Position numbers and translations under genes: made by a program
Notes under the pieces: generated by a model
What the model saw: only the letters and a program-made list of their open reading frames with translations
What the model was told of the DNA's origin: nothing
The model's database searches: none
Origin: Promethearchaeota archaeon
GTDB lineage: Archaea; Asgardarchaeota; Lokiarchaeia; Sigyniarchaeales; SOKP01
NCBI GenBank assembly: GCA_011364925.1
Contig: RDOA01000003.1
Span: 32,001 to 96,000, forward strand
Length of the DNA stretch: 64,000 nucleotides
Direction of reading: 5' to 3'
Part shown: positions 49,116 through 58,818 of the stretch, one piece after another
How the letters are laid out: each line of letters starts with the position of its first letter
How positions within the stretch are numbered: position 1 is the first letter of the stretch

Positions 49116-49664
49116 TTGATTAAAATTAATAGAACAAAATTAGTACCAAAATTAATACTAGTACTCTTAGTATTTACCACTATAACTGGCTTTGCATTTA
49201 CTTTTGTTGTAGCTAAAGGAGATCAAAGGGCAAGTAGATTATCTTTTACAGCTACAGAAACTATGATATGGCCAGATGGTTGGGTTCCTATAGGTGATCC
49301 ATGGGGTGATGGTAAGTTCATACATCAGATGTACTATAAAAAAGCAATTCTTGATGGCACAATTGAGGAAATAGGGGACTTTTCAGGGTATGATGAATTA
49401 TATTTGCATGTTAAAATGGACCCAAATACCTTTGAGGTTATAAGCATTGGTAAAGTAACGATGTATATCTTTTGCGATAACGGACTAGAAGGAACTTTTT
49501 ATGGATCTGTTATTGCGAAGGGTACAGCTGGCTTTGGTCCTTTCGACGGTAAATATACGTTGCAAGGAGCTGGAGGATTTGAAGGAATGAAGCTTTTTGG
49601 TATAGTCTGGCTTGAAAGTGGTCTAGTAAACGGACTTTCTGGTACAATCTTAATCCCAAATTAA
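49116..49664 (+). CDS. Exported all-beta protein
   Basis: Signal peptide MIKINRTKLV...VVA; Gly-rich beta strands (GAGGFEGMKLFG). Confidence 0.75.
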   Translation: MIKINRTKLVPKLILVLLVFTTITGFAFTFVVAKGDQRASRLSFTATETMIWPDGWVPIGDPWGDGKFIHQMYYKKAILDGTIEEIGDFSGYDELYLHVKMDPNTFEVISIGKVTMYIFCDNGLEGTFYGSVIAKGTAGFGPFDGKYTLQGAGGFEGMKLFGIVWLESGLVNGLSGTILIPN

Positions 49665-49688
49665 AATCAAGAATAAAGGTGAATTCAA

Positions 49689-50777
49689 ATGCAAAAATCA
49701 ATGCAAAGAAAACTATTGTTGATGTTTCTCCTTGGTTCAATATTTTTCGTAATTCCTATTGCGAGCTCTAATGGAACTACATTCACTCCAAAGAAGGTTG
49801 CAGAACAATCTCTGTCCGGTGCTACAACTCACGTTTATTTGGATGGAGATTACGCATTCATGGGAGTTGGAACATCCGGTCTGGCCATCGTTGATATTTC
49901 CCACCCGAAAAATCCAGGAACCCCGGTCTATAGAGACACCTCCGGCAGGGCGTATAACCTTTGGGTAGAGGGAGGCTACGCCTATGTGGCAGATTTTGAT
50001 AAGGGTTTAGCTGTCATTGATGTTTCCGACCCAACAAACCCAGGACCTGCTACGCACGTACTAACAACCCAAGCTTGTGGTGATGTATGTGTTAGTGGAA
50101 ATTACGCTTATGTGGACGGTGGTGGCTTAGCGGTTATCGACATTTCTGACCCAGTGCATCCGAACCTGGTCGTAACCAAACCTTTAACTGGAATTCCGTA
50201 TGGTCTTTGCGTGAGTGGAGAATACGCATACATAGCAACTGCTGATACTGGTTTGGCGATCGTCAATATTTCCGATCCGACCAATCCAGGAACTCCCATT
50301 TACGAAGATACGACCGGAACTGCGTGGGATGTGTGTGTAAGTGGCGGTTACGCCTATGTAACAACCGGTAGTACCGGTTTAGCGATTATCGATGTTTCCG
50401 ACCCGACAAATCCGGGAACGCCTGTTTATAGAGACACGACAGGAACTGCATATTTTATTTTTCTAAACGGAAGTTACGCCTATATAGCGGCTGATACTGG
50501 AGGCGTGGCGATCATTGATGTATCCGACCCGACAAATCCGGGAACGCCGACCTATATAGATGTGGAAGGTCAAGCAATTGATGTGTATGTCAGGGGAGAC
50601 TATGCTTATGTGGCGGATGAACATTACGGCTTGAAAGTCTACGATCTTTTCTATACTACTCCAGAACCTGGTATTCCATTCGATAATTTCTACTTATTAT
50701 TTATTGGGTTTAGCGTACTATGCTTAGTATTCATCGTTTCAAAAAAACGCAAAATTACTAGTGAATCTCAAAAATAA
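49689..50777 (+). CDS. LVIVD-repeat beta-propeller surface protein with C-terminal TM anchor
   Basis: About 7 repeats of V.G.YAYVA....GLAIIDVSDPTNPG; signal peptide; PGIPF-TM-KKRK sorting-like tail. Confidence 0.9.
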   Translation: MQKSMQRKLLLMFLLGSIFFVIPIASSNGTTFTPKKVAEQSLSGATTHVYLDGDYAFMGVGTSGLAIVDISHPKNPGTPVYRDTSGRAYNLWVEGGYAYVADFDKGLAVIDVSDPTNPGPATHVLTTQACGDVCVSGNYAYVDGGGLAVIDISDPVHPNLVVTKPLTGIPYGLCVSGEYAYIATADTGLAIVNISDPTNPGTPIYEDTTGTAWDVCVSGGYAYVTTGSTGLAIIDVSDPTNPGTPVYRDTTGTAYFIFLNGSYAYIAADTGGVAIIDVSDPTNPGTPTYIDVEGQAIDVYVRGDYAYVADEHYGLKVYDLFYTTPEPGIPFDNFYLLFIGFSVLCLVFIVSKKRKITSESQK

Positions 50778-50799
50778 ATCAAAAATCTAATAATTAATG

Positions 50800-50832
50800 T
50801 TAACACCTAATTGGTGTTAAACAAATTTTTTT
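50800..50832 (+). terminator. Hairpin + T-run
   Basis: TTAACACC-TAATT-GGTGTTAA followed by a T tract. Confidence 0.6.
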
Positions 50833-51093
50833 CTTATCTTTTACTGGATTTATAATGCATTTTATCATTTATTTTCAGATTTTATTAATCTTAGAATTCA
50901 TTTACTAATTCAAGTGATATATATGATTTTTAACGAAGTGAATAAATTGAACTTTATAGGGAAGATACATTAAGGTTATCTCTCTTTTCAAATCAAAAAT
51001 CAATTACATTTAAAATTATAACAAACATAATATTTTAATTAAATATTATACAATAATGTATCTTTTTCAATCCAATAATTTAGGGACAGGGTC

Positions 51094-53169
51094 TTGTCTC
51101 ATTCAAAACCTCAAGAATTGGTTCAGGTAAAACGACTCATTGATCTCGTAAGATTTGATGAAGCTAACCAATTAATTAAAGAGTTTGAGGAAAAACAAGG
51201 TCATGCTCTGTATGATGAAGTACTATGTAATCTTTTCATGTGTGACATATTATATTACCAAGGATTATATGATGAGGTTATCAAGCTTGCGGAACAAACC
51301 TATAAAGAGAGTTTAAAATTAGGAAAAAACCTACTGTCAGTTGATGCCTTACTAAGAATGGCAGGTGCGTTATCTGGGCATCGTCAATGGGAAAAATTCT
51401 GCGATAGGATTAAGCAAGGAGAAGAGCTGTTAAAGTCATTGACACATGAATTACCAGAAGAATACAAACGAAGAAAGGCTTATTTAGCTCAACTGAAAGG
51501 AGATTATTACGAAGTAAAAAATAAGTTAGATAAGTCAATACAGCAGTTTGAAATCAGTATATCATTGTACGAAGAACTTGGCAATAAAATAGAGATTGTT
51601 TGGCCTATTTTAGGAATTGCCACCGTGTTTTATTGGCATAAAGGCGATTTTGACGGTGCTTTAAAATATTTGGAGCGAGGGCTAGCAATCGCTAAGGAAA
51701 GCGGAAATATAAGGTGTATCGGGGCTTGTCTTAACCAGATGGCATATGTTCATTTTCTTAAAGGTGAGTTTGATCGCAGTATTATGCTTTTTGAGAAGAG
51801 CTTGACAATCTTCGAAGAAACTAACCTTGACCTCTGGAGAGCAAGAATTTTTTGTCTTCTAGGGGAATGTTATGCAATGAAAGGGGAAATTAATCGTAGC
51901 ATTAGATTTTTCGAACAAAGTTTAGAACTTTGGAAAAAAATAAAACATAAACCCATGATGGCTGATATCTTGAATAATGTATCTGAGTGTTATAGAATGA
52001 AAGGAGAATTTGAACATGCGTTAGAGTGTATAGAACAATCAATGGAGTTAAATCATGAGTTGGGAAACTTGGAAAGATTAGCTAATAATCACCTCTATTT
52101 TATTAAGATTTTAATTGATAGGGGTGAACTTACACGAGCATGGAGCTCTCTTCGTGATTTGGAGCAATTGAACAATCAATTAAAAGACAAAAAAATAAAT
52201 TATTATTATCTATTTGTTAAAGCTTTACTATTGAAAACAAGTATGCGAGCCCGTAATAGAGTAAAAGCTGAAGAAATTTTCAATCAACTCCTCGAAGAGG
52301 AGTTATATATGGATTTAGATTATGAATTGAATATGGGATCTCTTTTAAATTTATGCGAATTACTCCTTATTGAATTGCGCCTGATTAACGATGAAGAAAT
52401 ACTAGACGAAATTAATCCTCTACTTGTTCAACTATTGAACAGCGCTGAAAAGTCAAATTCATACTGGATACTTGGTGAAACCTATCTGCTGAGAGCAAAA
52501 CTCTCACTTTTAACCTTTGATGTTAAGAAGGCACAACTATTTTTAACCCAAGCTCAGAAGATCGCAGAATCGCACGGGATTAAACGACTAGCAATGCAAA
52601 TTTCATATGAACACGATGAATTGCTTAAAAAAGCAAAAGTTTGGGAGAATTTAAAAGAGACAGAAGCACCATTATCAAAACGTTGGGAATTAGCTGGGTT
52701 AAACGAACAAATAGAGAAAATGGTTTGGAAACGAATAGTAGAATCTCCTGAAATCTCTGAAGAAGACCCCGTTATGATATTAATCTTAACTGAGGGTGGT
52801 AATCTTTTGTTCTCACAAAAATTTGTATCGGATTTTTCTTTTGAAGAAGATCTTCTGGGGAGCTTTTTAACTACGACACATTACTTTATTAATGCCGCCT
52901 TTTCTGAGGGCCTTGATAGAGCTGTTTTTGGTCAATATACTCTTCTTATGACGCCCCTTCAACCGTTTTTAATATGTTACATCTTTAAAGGGCACTCCTA
53001 TTCTGCTCAATTTAAAATTACAAGTTTTATAGATTCTATACAAAAGGATAGAGATGTTTGGCAAACCTTACAAAAATTCTTCCAATTGAGCAGATCTGTT
53101 CACATAAACGATGTACCGATGCTAGATTCATTGATATCAAATATCTTTACTAAGAAAGTTTCTCAGTAG
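51094..53169 (+). CDS. TPR + longin-like protein 4
   Basis: Longer TPR array; EDPVMILILTEGG...LLGSFLTT...GLDRAVFG. Confidence 0.8.
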   Translation: MSHSKPQELVQVKRLIDLVRFDEANQLIKEFEEKQGHALYDEVLCNLFMCDILYYQGLYDEVIKLAEQTYKESLKLGKNLLSVDALLRMAGALSGHRQWEKFCDRIKQGEELLKSLTHELPEEYKRRKAYLAQLKGDYYEVKNKLDKSIQQFEISISLYEELGNKIEIVWPILGIATVFYWHKGDFDGALKYLERGLAIAKESGNIRCIGACLNQMAYVHFLKGEFDRSIMLFEKSLTIFEETNLDLWRARIFCLLGECYAMKGEINRSIRFFEQSLELWKKIKHKPMMADILNNVSECYRMKGEFEHALECIEQSMELNHELGNLERLANNHLYFIKILIDRGELTRAWSSLRDLEQLNNQLKDKKINYYYLFVKALLLKTSMRARNRVKAEEIFNQLLEEELYMDLDYELNMGSLLNLCELLLIELRLINDEEILDEINPLLVQLLNSAEKSNSYWILGETYLLRAKLSLLTFDVKKAQLFLTQAQKIAESHGIKRLAMQISYEHDELLKKAKVWENLKETEAPLSKRWELAGLNEQIEKMVWKRIVESPEISEEDPVMILILTEGGNLLFSQKFVSDFSFEEDLLGSFLTTTHYFINAAFSEGLDRAVFGQYTLLMTPLQPFLICYIFKGHSYSAQFKITSFIDSIQKDRDVWQTLQKFFQLSRSVHINDVPMLDSLISNIFTKKVSQ

Positions 53170-53269
53170 CATTATCTTTTTCTGTTAGTTTAATTTGCCA
53201 AAATTTTATATTAAACTAAAACCAATCTAACATTAAATACTTATAATTTGATTTAGATATAGAAATCTA

Positions 53270-53824
53270 ATGAAACCCTTTGAGGAATTTCGATTTAAAA
53301 TTGTAATCTTAGGAGATGGTGCAGTAGGTAAAACATCCCTAATTCAGAAATTCACTAAAGGGGTATTTGAAAAAGAATATGTAAAAACAATCGGAGCTCA
53401 GTTTTCAAAATACAACAAAAAGATTGATGGAGATATAATTAGATTAATATTTTGGGATATAGCAGGTCAGATAGATTTCAATTTTCTAAATCACTTATTT
53501 TATAAAGAAGCTAAAGCAGCAATTATAGTATTTAGTCTCGAAACTAATGATTTGGGTCAAAAAAGTTTCATCCATATAACAAACTGGTATAAGGAATTAG
53601 AAAAGTATTGCGGTACTATTCCTGTTGTTACATTTGCGAATAAAGTTGATTTGGTGGATAAAAATAGATTAAATGAGTCTAAAATCCAAAAATTAGCCAA
53701 GGAAAATAACTTCCTTGGATATTATATCACCTCTGCAAAAACAGGAGAGGGCGTAATAGAAGCTTTTAATGCTATTATTGATAAATTATATTTTAAATAT
53801 AAAAAATTATCATCAATTGATTGA
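53270..53824 (+). CDS. Rab-like small GTPase (module B)
   Basis: GDGAVGKTS, WDIAGQ, NKVD, TSAK; close paralog of 46458. Confidence 0.95.
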   Translation: MKPFEEFRFKIVILGDGAVGKTSLIQKFTKGVFEKEYVKTIGAQFSKYNKKIDGDIIRLIFWDIAGQIDFNFLNHLFYKEAKAAIIVFSLETNDLGQKSFIHITNWYKELEKYCGTIPVVTFANKVDLVDKNRLNESKIQKLAKENNFLGYYITSAKTGEGVIEAFNAIIDKLYFKYKKLSSID

Positions 53825-53987
53825 TTTACAATTAATTCTCAAAGAATCTTAACTATGGGAATCTAAAAATAAAGCGAAGTAGAAATTAATTACATTTAAT
53901 TTTATAAATTGTATATAATTTTAATAAATAAGTTTAATCTGACTTACAAAGATCAAGTCAAATTTAACTCTTTTATGGTTGAATTAA

Positions 53988-55445
53988 ATGAGTGATTTAA
54001 TATGCGTATTTGATATTGGCACCACAGGTGCTAGAACAATTGTTTTTGATGTTTATGGTAAAGAAATTGCAAGAAGTTACGAAGAATATCCAACTATTAA
54101 ACAGCCCGTAGGTGTTTCAGAGCAAGATCCTGAAGTATGGTGGAACAGTGTAAAAAATACTTGTAACCGAGTGATGAATAAAGTAAATGTCAACGATATT
54201 AGAGCAATAAGCGCCGGTATATTGCGTGTAAATTGTACCATATTAGACAGAGATAGAAAACCATTATATCCAATGATAATTGCAATGGATGAGAGGGGAG
54301 TAGATTTTGATAAAGAAGATGGATTAAGGTTATCATTACCCAAAATCTTATGGATAAAGCAAGAAAGACCTGATTTATATGAAAAAATCTACAAAATTAC
54401 TTTTCCAGATACTTATATTTATATGAAACTATGTGAAAACGATCTCCTAATCACAGAACCAACAAATGGAATTTATGGTATAATGGATATCAAAACTCAA
54501 AAATGGGACCAAGAATTAGCCAGTAAGTACGATTTACCAATAGATTTATGGCCTGAAATCCGTACTCCTGGAGAAATACTAGGAGATATTTCCGCTAAAA
54601 CTGCGAAAGAGCTTGGATTGAAAACCAATATTCCCGTTATCTTAGGTGGAGGAGATCAACAATGTTCTGCTCTCGGAATGGGTGTAATAAATAAAGGTCA
54701 AGCTAAAATAACTATGGGAACGTATACTTTTGCTAATTTGGTTACTGGAGATGAGCCAGCTGTCCCTCCAGGAGGAGACATTCCAATCTTCTCATTTCCC
54801 CATGTTATTAAAGGGAAATATATGCTAGAAGGAGCAATGCCAGGAACTGGAATAGCCTTAAAATGGTTTAAGGATAACTTTTCACGTCTTCTTATTAGGA
54901 AATCTGAGGAGAGTAATCTAAATATTTACGATCTTCTGAGCCAGGAAGCCAAGGAAGTAAAACCAGGAAGCGAGGGTTTATTATTTATCCCATTACAGAT
55001 GTTCAGGAAAGGAACAATCTATGGTATGGGGTGGAATCATACTCGAGCTCACATGGTTCGATCAATAATGGAAGCATCTGCTTTAAGCGCTCAAATGTAT
55101 TTAGGGCTAATCGAAGCAGTAAATCGCTCTAAAAGCACAGAAGTGGTAGCTGATGGTGGAGGAATGAACAGCGATGTTTGGGCTCAAATACTTGCTGATG
55201 TGACAAATAGAAAGATAATTATTCCTGAAAATAAAGACTGTTCTGCATTAGGTGCTGCTATTTTAGGATTTTGGGGCAATGGGATTTATAGTAATATTGA
55301 AGATGCCATACAAAATATGGTCAGATTCGAGAAAGAATTTAATCCTATTCAAGAAAATGTCAAGGTCTATAAGAAATTAAATAGATTATTCATGCCTACA
55401 GTTTTAGATCTCTACAACAAAAATCGTATCACTAAAAATCTCTAA
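53988..55445 (+). CDS. FGGY carbohydrate kinase (xylulokinase-like)
   Basis: DIGTTGAR, EQDPEVWW, GGGDQ, DGGG, ALGAAIL. Confidence 0.9.
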   Translation: MSDLICVFDIGTTGARTIVFDVYGKEIARSYEEYPTIKQPVGVSEQDPEVWWNSVKNTCNRVMNKVNVNDIRAISAGILRVNCTILDRDRKPLYPMIIAMDERGVDFDKEDGLRLSLPKILWIKQERPDLYEKIYKITFPDTYIYMKLCENDLLITEPTNGIYGIMDIKTQKWDQELASKYDLPIDLWPEIRTPGEILGDISAKTAKELGLKTNIPVILGGGDQQCSALGMGVINKGQAKITMGTYTFANLVTGDEPAVPPGGDIPIFSFPHVIKGKYMLEGAMPGTGIALKWFKDNFSRLLIRKSEESNLNIYDLLSQEAKEVKPGSEGLLFIPLQMFRKGTIYGMGWNHTRAHMVRSIMEASALSAQMYLGLIEAVNRSKSTEVVADGGGMNSDVWAQILADVTNRKIIIPENKDCSALGAAILGFWGNGIYSNIEDAIQNMVRFEKEFNPIQENVKVYKKLNRLFMPTVLDLYNKNRITKNL

Positions 55446-55592
55446 ATACCCTAGAGAAAAAAAAGCAATTTAGCTTTAATTTTTTTTAATCCTTTTACTA
55501 TTCTATCATACCATAAGTATAAAGGCAATAGCATCTTCAATTTTTAATGGTCATCTGTATTAATGACAAAAAAGTAAAAATGGTAGTAGATA

Positions 55593-56114
55593 ATGGAACA
55601 AAAAATGGAACAAGATATTTTTTTAAAATTTGATGAAGCTATTCAGAAACTGGAAAAGAATTTACCAAATGAAATGCCTAGTGGGTGTGCAGAAGCAACT
55701 ATGAAAAACATTTTGAACATATTAGGAATGGAAGAAACATTGATAGATAATATTATGATCCCCTTATCTGGGGGATTTGGTGGCTACAAGTCAGAAGAGG
55801 GGAGGTTTGGACCATGTGGGGCTGTAGTTGGAGGCTGTGGAGCTGTTGGGTTAATCTTAGCTGGAAAAGAAAAAATGGATCAAAGTAAAGTGCTTCCTGC
55901 TTATTTAAAATCAGCACAATTTGCTAAAGAATTCGAGAAGGAATTCGGTTCAATAGTTTGTCCAAATCTATCTGGATATGATTTCAGTGATCCTAATAAT
56001 ATTATGAAATACATGGAAGAGGGAGTCTGGGGGAAAAAATGCTATAAATATGTGTTGTGGGCAATTGATAACATAAGAAAACTCATGAGAAAAGAACTGA
56101 AAAAGAATTGGTAA
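55593..56114 (+). CDS. C_GCAxxG_C_C family putative redox protein
   Basis: GCAE, GPCGAVVG, GSIVC, KKC. Confidence 0.85.
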   Translation: MEQKMEQDIFLKFDEAIQKLEKNLPNEMPSGCAEATMKNILNILGMEETLIDNIMIPLSGGFGGYKSEEGRFGPCGAVVGGCGAVGLILAGKEKMDQSKVLPAYLKSAQFAKEFEKEFGSIVCPNLSGYDFSDPNNIMKYMEEGVWGKKCYKYVLWAIDNIRKLMRKELKKNW

Positions 56115-56350
56115 ATTGCTATTTTCATTTTAAATCATCTATTTTTTTTAATTTTATCTATGAATAATCACTTTAATGGTTAAAAGAAATCAACAAACGA
56201 GATCGTTTAAACGAAACTTTGATCAACTAATTTTTTTGAATACATGAAAATAAATACATAAATTCTTATATTTAACTAATAATTCAATCTAATCAAAACA
56301 AATGTTTTTAATAATTCTTTGATGATAAAAACTTTAGATCTGAAAATTCT

Positions 56351-56629
56351 ATGGGAAATGAATCTAAACCAGAATTAGTTAAAAGAATTAAATCCGAATA
56401 TCATAAAAATCTGAAAGATTTAGAAGCAAACTTAGCGGAACAGCATAAAGAGTTAAGTCAAATTGAACAAAAATTGCAGCACGAATCAAAAAAGAGGTAT
56501 ACTTCAACTACTTCCATGCTTTCTAAACTTAAAGCTGAAAAACTCGATGTAAATTCTAAGATTAGGAGCTTAAAAAAAGAGATCAAACGCCTAAGAGCGG
56601 ATTATCTCAAAAAGATAAAAAAAATATAA
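56351..56629 (+). CDS. Basic coiled-coil protein
   Basis: Heptad pattern across 92 aa. Confidence 0.6.
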   Translation: MGNESKPELVKRIKSEYHKNLKDLEANLAEQHKELSQIEQKLQHESKKRYTSTTSMLSKLKAEKLDVNSKIRSLKKEIKRLRADYLKKIKKI

Positions 56630-56707
56630 TAAATTGATATTCCCTCTTTTCTTATAATTAGGAAAAAACATAAATATTGATCACATAATTAGGTCTATTG
56701 AATAACC

Positions 56708-56860
56708 GTGAAAAAGAACAATAACTCAATCCATATCACAAAAGCAGACGTAGAAAGAGCATTTAAAAAAGCAGAACAATTCAAACGCTTGCTTAAGCAA
56801 GGAAGAACTAAGGAGCATATATTTAAAGAAATGCTGAGGTTGATTGAAGGTGGAGAGTAA
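56708..56860 (+). CDS. Unannotated 50-aa protein upstream of nucleotidyltransferase
   Basis: GTG start, MKKNNNSIHITKADVERAFKKAEQFKRLLKQGRTKEHIFKEMLRLIEGGE; overlaps the next gene. Confidence 0.6.
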   Translation: MKKNNNSIHITKADVERAFKKAEQFKRLLKQGRTKEHIFKEMLRLIEGGE

Positions 56861-57443
56861 TTTAACTCAAACTATTTTTGGCATCACAACCCACCTCAAA
56901 ATTCCAGCGATTATTCTTGGCGGTTTAGCTCTTCCAGCATATAATGTGTTCAGAACAACTTTGGATGTTGATATATGCGTTTTTATAAAAACTCAAGAGA
57001 GATTAGATGAATTAATTAACGCTTTAAAGAAAAAAAATATAATAACTCTACAACAACCTAAAATCCATCACGATTTGTTTACTGTTTTCAAAGATAATTC
57101 TGAGGCTGAAATATGGTTAAAACCATGTGATGCGTTTTCATGGGATCAACAGATGGTTGAAAAAATTCAGCATTATACTGATGATGTCTTTGTCTTAGCT
57201 ATAGAAGATTATATCTTAACAAAGTTAGCAAGAAGCGATCGCAGCTCGATTGATATTGACGACATCCTCCAGATCTTAATCAATAATCATAATGAGATTG
57301 ACTGGAAATATCTACACTTTAGAATAGAATGGGTAAATTTCGTGCAAGACTTTAAAGAAATTTTACGAGCTTTTGAAATTGGTATAGATAAAAAGTTCCA
57401 AAAAATTGCTAAAGAAATCATTGAAAAATTTAATGAAAAGTAA
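56844..57443 (+). CDS. AbiEii/DUF6036-like nucleotidyltransferase
   Basis: LGGLA...RTTLDVDI, EDYILTKL, DIDD. Confidence 0.8.
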   Translation: MKVESNLTQTIFGITTHLKIPAIILGGLALPAYNVFRTTLDVDICVFIKTQERLDELINALKKKNIITLQQPKIHHDLFTVFKDNSEAEIWLKPCDAFSWDQQMVEKIQHYTDDVFVLAIEDYILTKLARSDRSSIDIDDILQILINNHNEIDWKYLHFRIEWVNFVQDFKEILRAFEIGIDKKFQKIAKEIIEKFNEK

Positions 57444-57517
57444 AAATGGGCTATCCCCTGTAAGAGGAAACTGATTAAACCAGCTAAGTCATTAAATAGT
57501 TTTTTCGTCGTTTTAAT

Positions 57518-58624
57518 TTAAAACAAGAAGTTTATGGGGAGTCTTTTAGGATGGTCATTTTTTACTTTAACCATTTTAATTGCGTTATTAGGACAATTCG
57601 CAGCGCAAACACCACATCCTACGCAGAATTCTTCTCTGACTTTCATTCTTTCGTCTGATAGATCGGGTTTACTTGGCCAAAGATGATAAATCGCTTCATT
57701 TTGGCATTTGTTCATACAAATTTCGCATTTTGTGCAGAGGTCCATGTCAAATCTAGGAACAAAATTTGTCTCAACTACACCCTTATAGTCGTATTTCTTT
57801 GCTGGAAGTAATACTCCACAATGACAACTGCAACAGTTACAAATAAACCGTGAGCTTTCTTTACTCGTATCCGCAATTGTATTATGAATAAGACCAGCTT
57901 TCTCAGTTTTTCTAAGAAAGTCAATAGCCTCCTCTTTAGTTAACCTTCTTGCCTTCCCTCGATTAATCCATTTTTCTGCGCCTTCTCCAACAACAAAACA
58001 TCCCAATTCGGAACTCGCGACTTTACAAGGTTCTCCCGTTAATTCTCCAATTAACCGGCATTGGCACGGAATGACTGCAAAAGTATCGTTTTTATCAATC
58101 ATATCTTTTACTACCTCAAAAGGGAGAACCTGATTCTCGACCTCAAAGGATTCCTCCACTTTAATTAGCTTTTCTTCAGAATCGTATGGAAGTAATGGAC
58201 GGAATCCTTTTCGAATGCTATTAACATTCTCCAAATCGGGTGCCTTATTTTTAAAAATGTATCGGTATAATTCAGCTACTTTTAGTTGATTTTCTTCGGT
58301 ATCTTGACGTTTTATAAAATATGATTCAAATATACCAGGGACAAGAGGCATTAACCTATAGTCTGAATCGGTCTTTATTATCGTTCCAATATTTACTGAT
58401 CTCTCTAATATTTCTTCTATTTCTTGTTCTGGAATACCAGTCTTTTTGCTTAAATTTTTTAGTGAATTTTTTTTGCCAACACTGTCAAAATGGGAAAGTA
58501 ATTTTATCTCTTCTTCATTCCAGAGGATCTTCATCAATTTGAAAATTTCCTTGCGGTTAGGTGCTGTAATTCTTCCAATTTGCAGTTTTTGCCTTACGTT
58601 TTCGTAATTATCAACTTCAGTCAT
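57518..58624 (-). CDS. 4Fe-4S ferredoxin-domain protein
   Basis: PCQCR, ICNCCSCHC, CTKCEICMNKC, CVGCGVCAANCP. Confidence 0.9.
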   Translation of the reverse strand: MTEVDNYENVRQKLQIGRITAPNRKEIFKLMKILWNEEEIKLLSHFDSVGKKNSLKNLSKKTGIPEQEIEEILERSVNIGTIIKTDSDYRLMPLVPGIFESYFIKRQDTEENQLKVAELYRYIFKNKAPDLENVNSIRKGFRPLLPYDSEEKLIKVEESFEVENQVLPFEVVKDMIDKNDTFAVIPCQCRLIGELTGEPCKVASSELGCFVVGEGAEKWINRGKARRLTKEEAIDFLRKTEKAGLIHNTIADTSKESSRFICNCCSCHCGVLLPAKKYDYKGVVETNFVPRFDMDLCTKCEICMNKCQNEAIYHLWPSKPDLSDERMKVREEFCVGCGVCAANCPNNAIKMVKVKNDHPKRLPINFLF

Positions 58625-58818
58625 ATTATAAAGAACAGTAAGATTGATTTAAAGCTTAACGGTTTTGACATTATTGACAAAAATGTGAATTGTAAGAATT
58701 CTATTGAAACGCATTATTATACGTTTAAATATTTTTTCTTTTCTTGAAAAATCTTGAATCAAAATACCTCCTCATAACCAGTTTTTTCTTTTATAAGTAG
58801 AAACCTGAAGATAAATTT

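Noticed and set aside
49900-50560. CRISPR-like periodic DNA repeats (GATGTTTCCGACCCGACAAATCCGGGAAC)
   Set aside because: They are in-frame coding repeats of the LVIVD propeller, without unique spacers or cas genes
57440-57500. SECIS element (ATGA-N12-AA-N19-GA spacing on the minus strand)
   Set aside because: Helix II does not pair and the upstream Fe-S gene has no in-frame TGA
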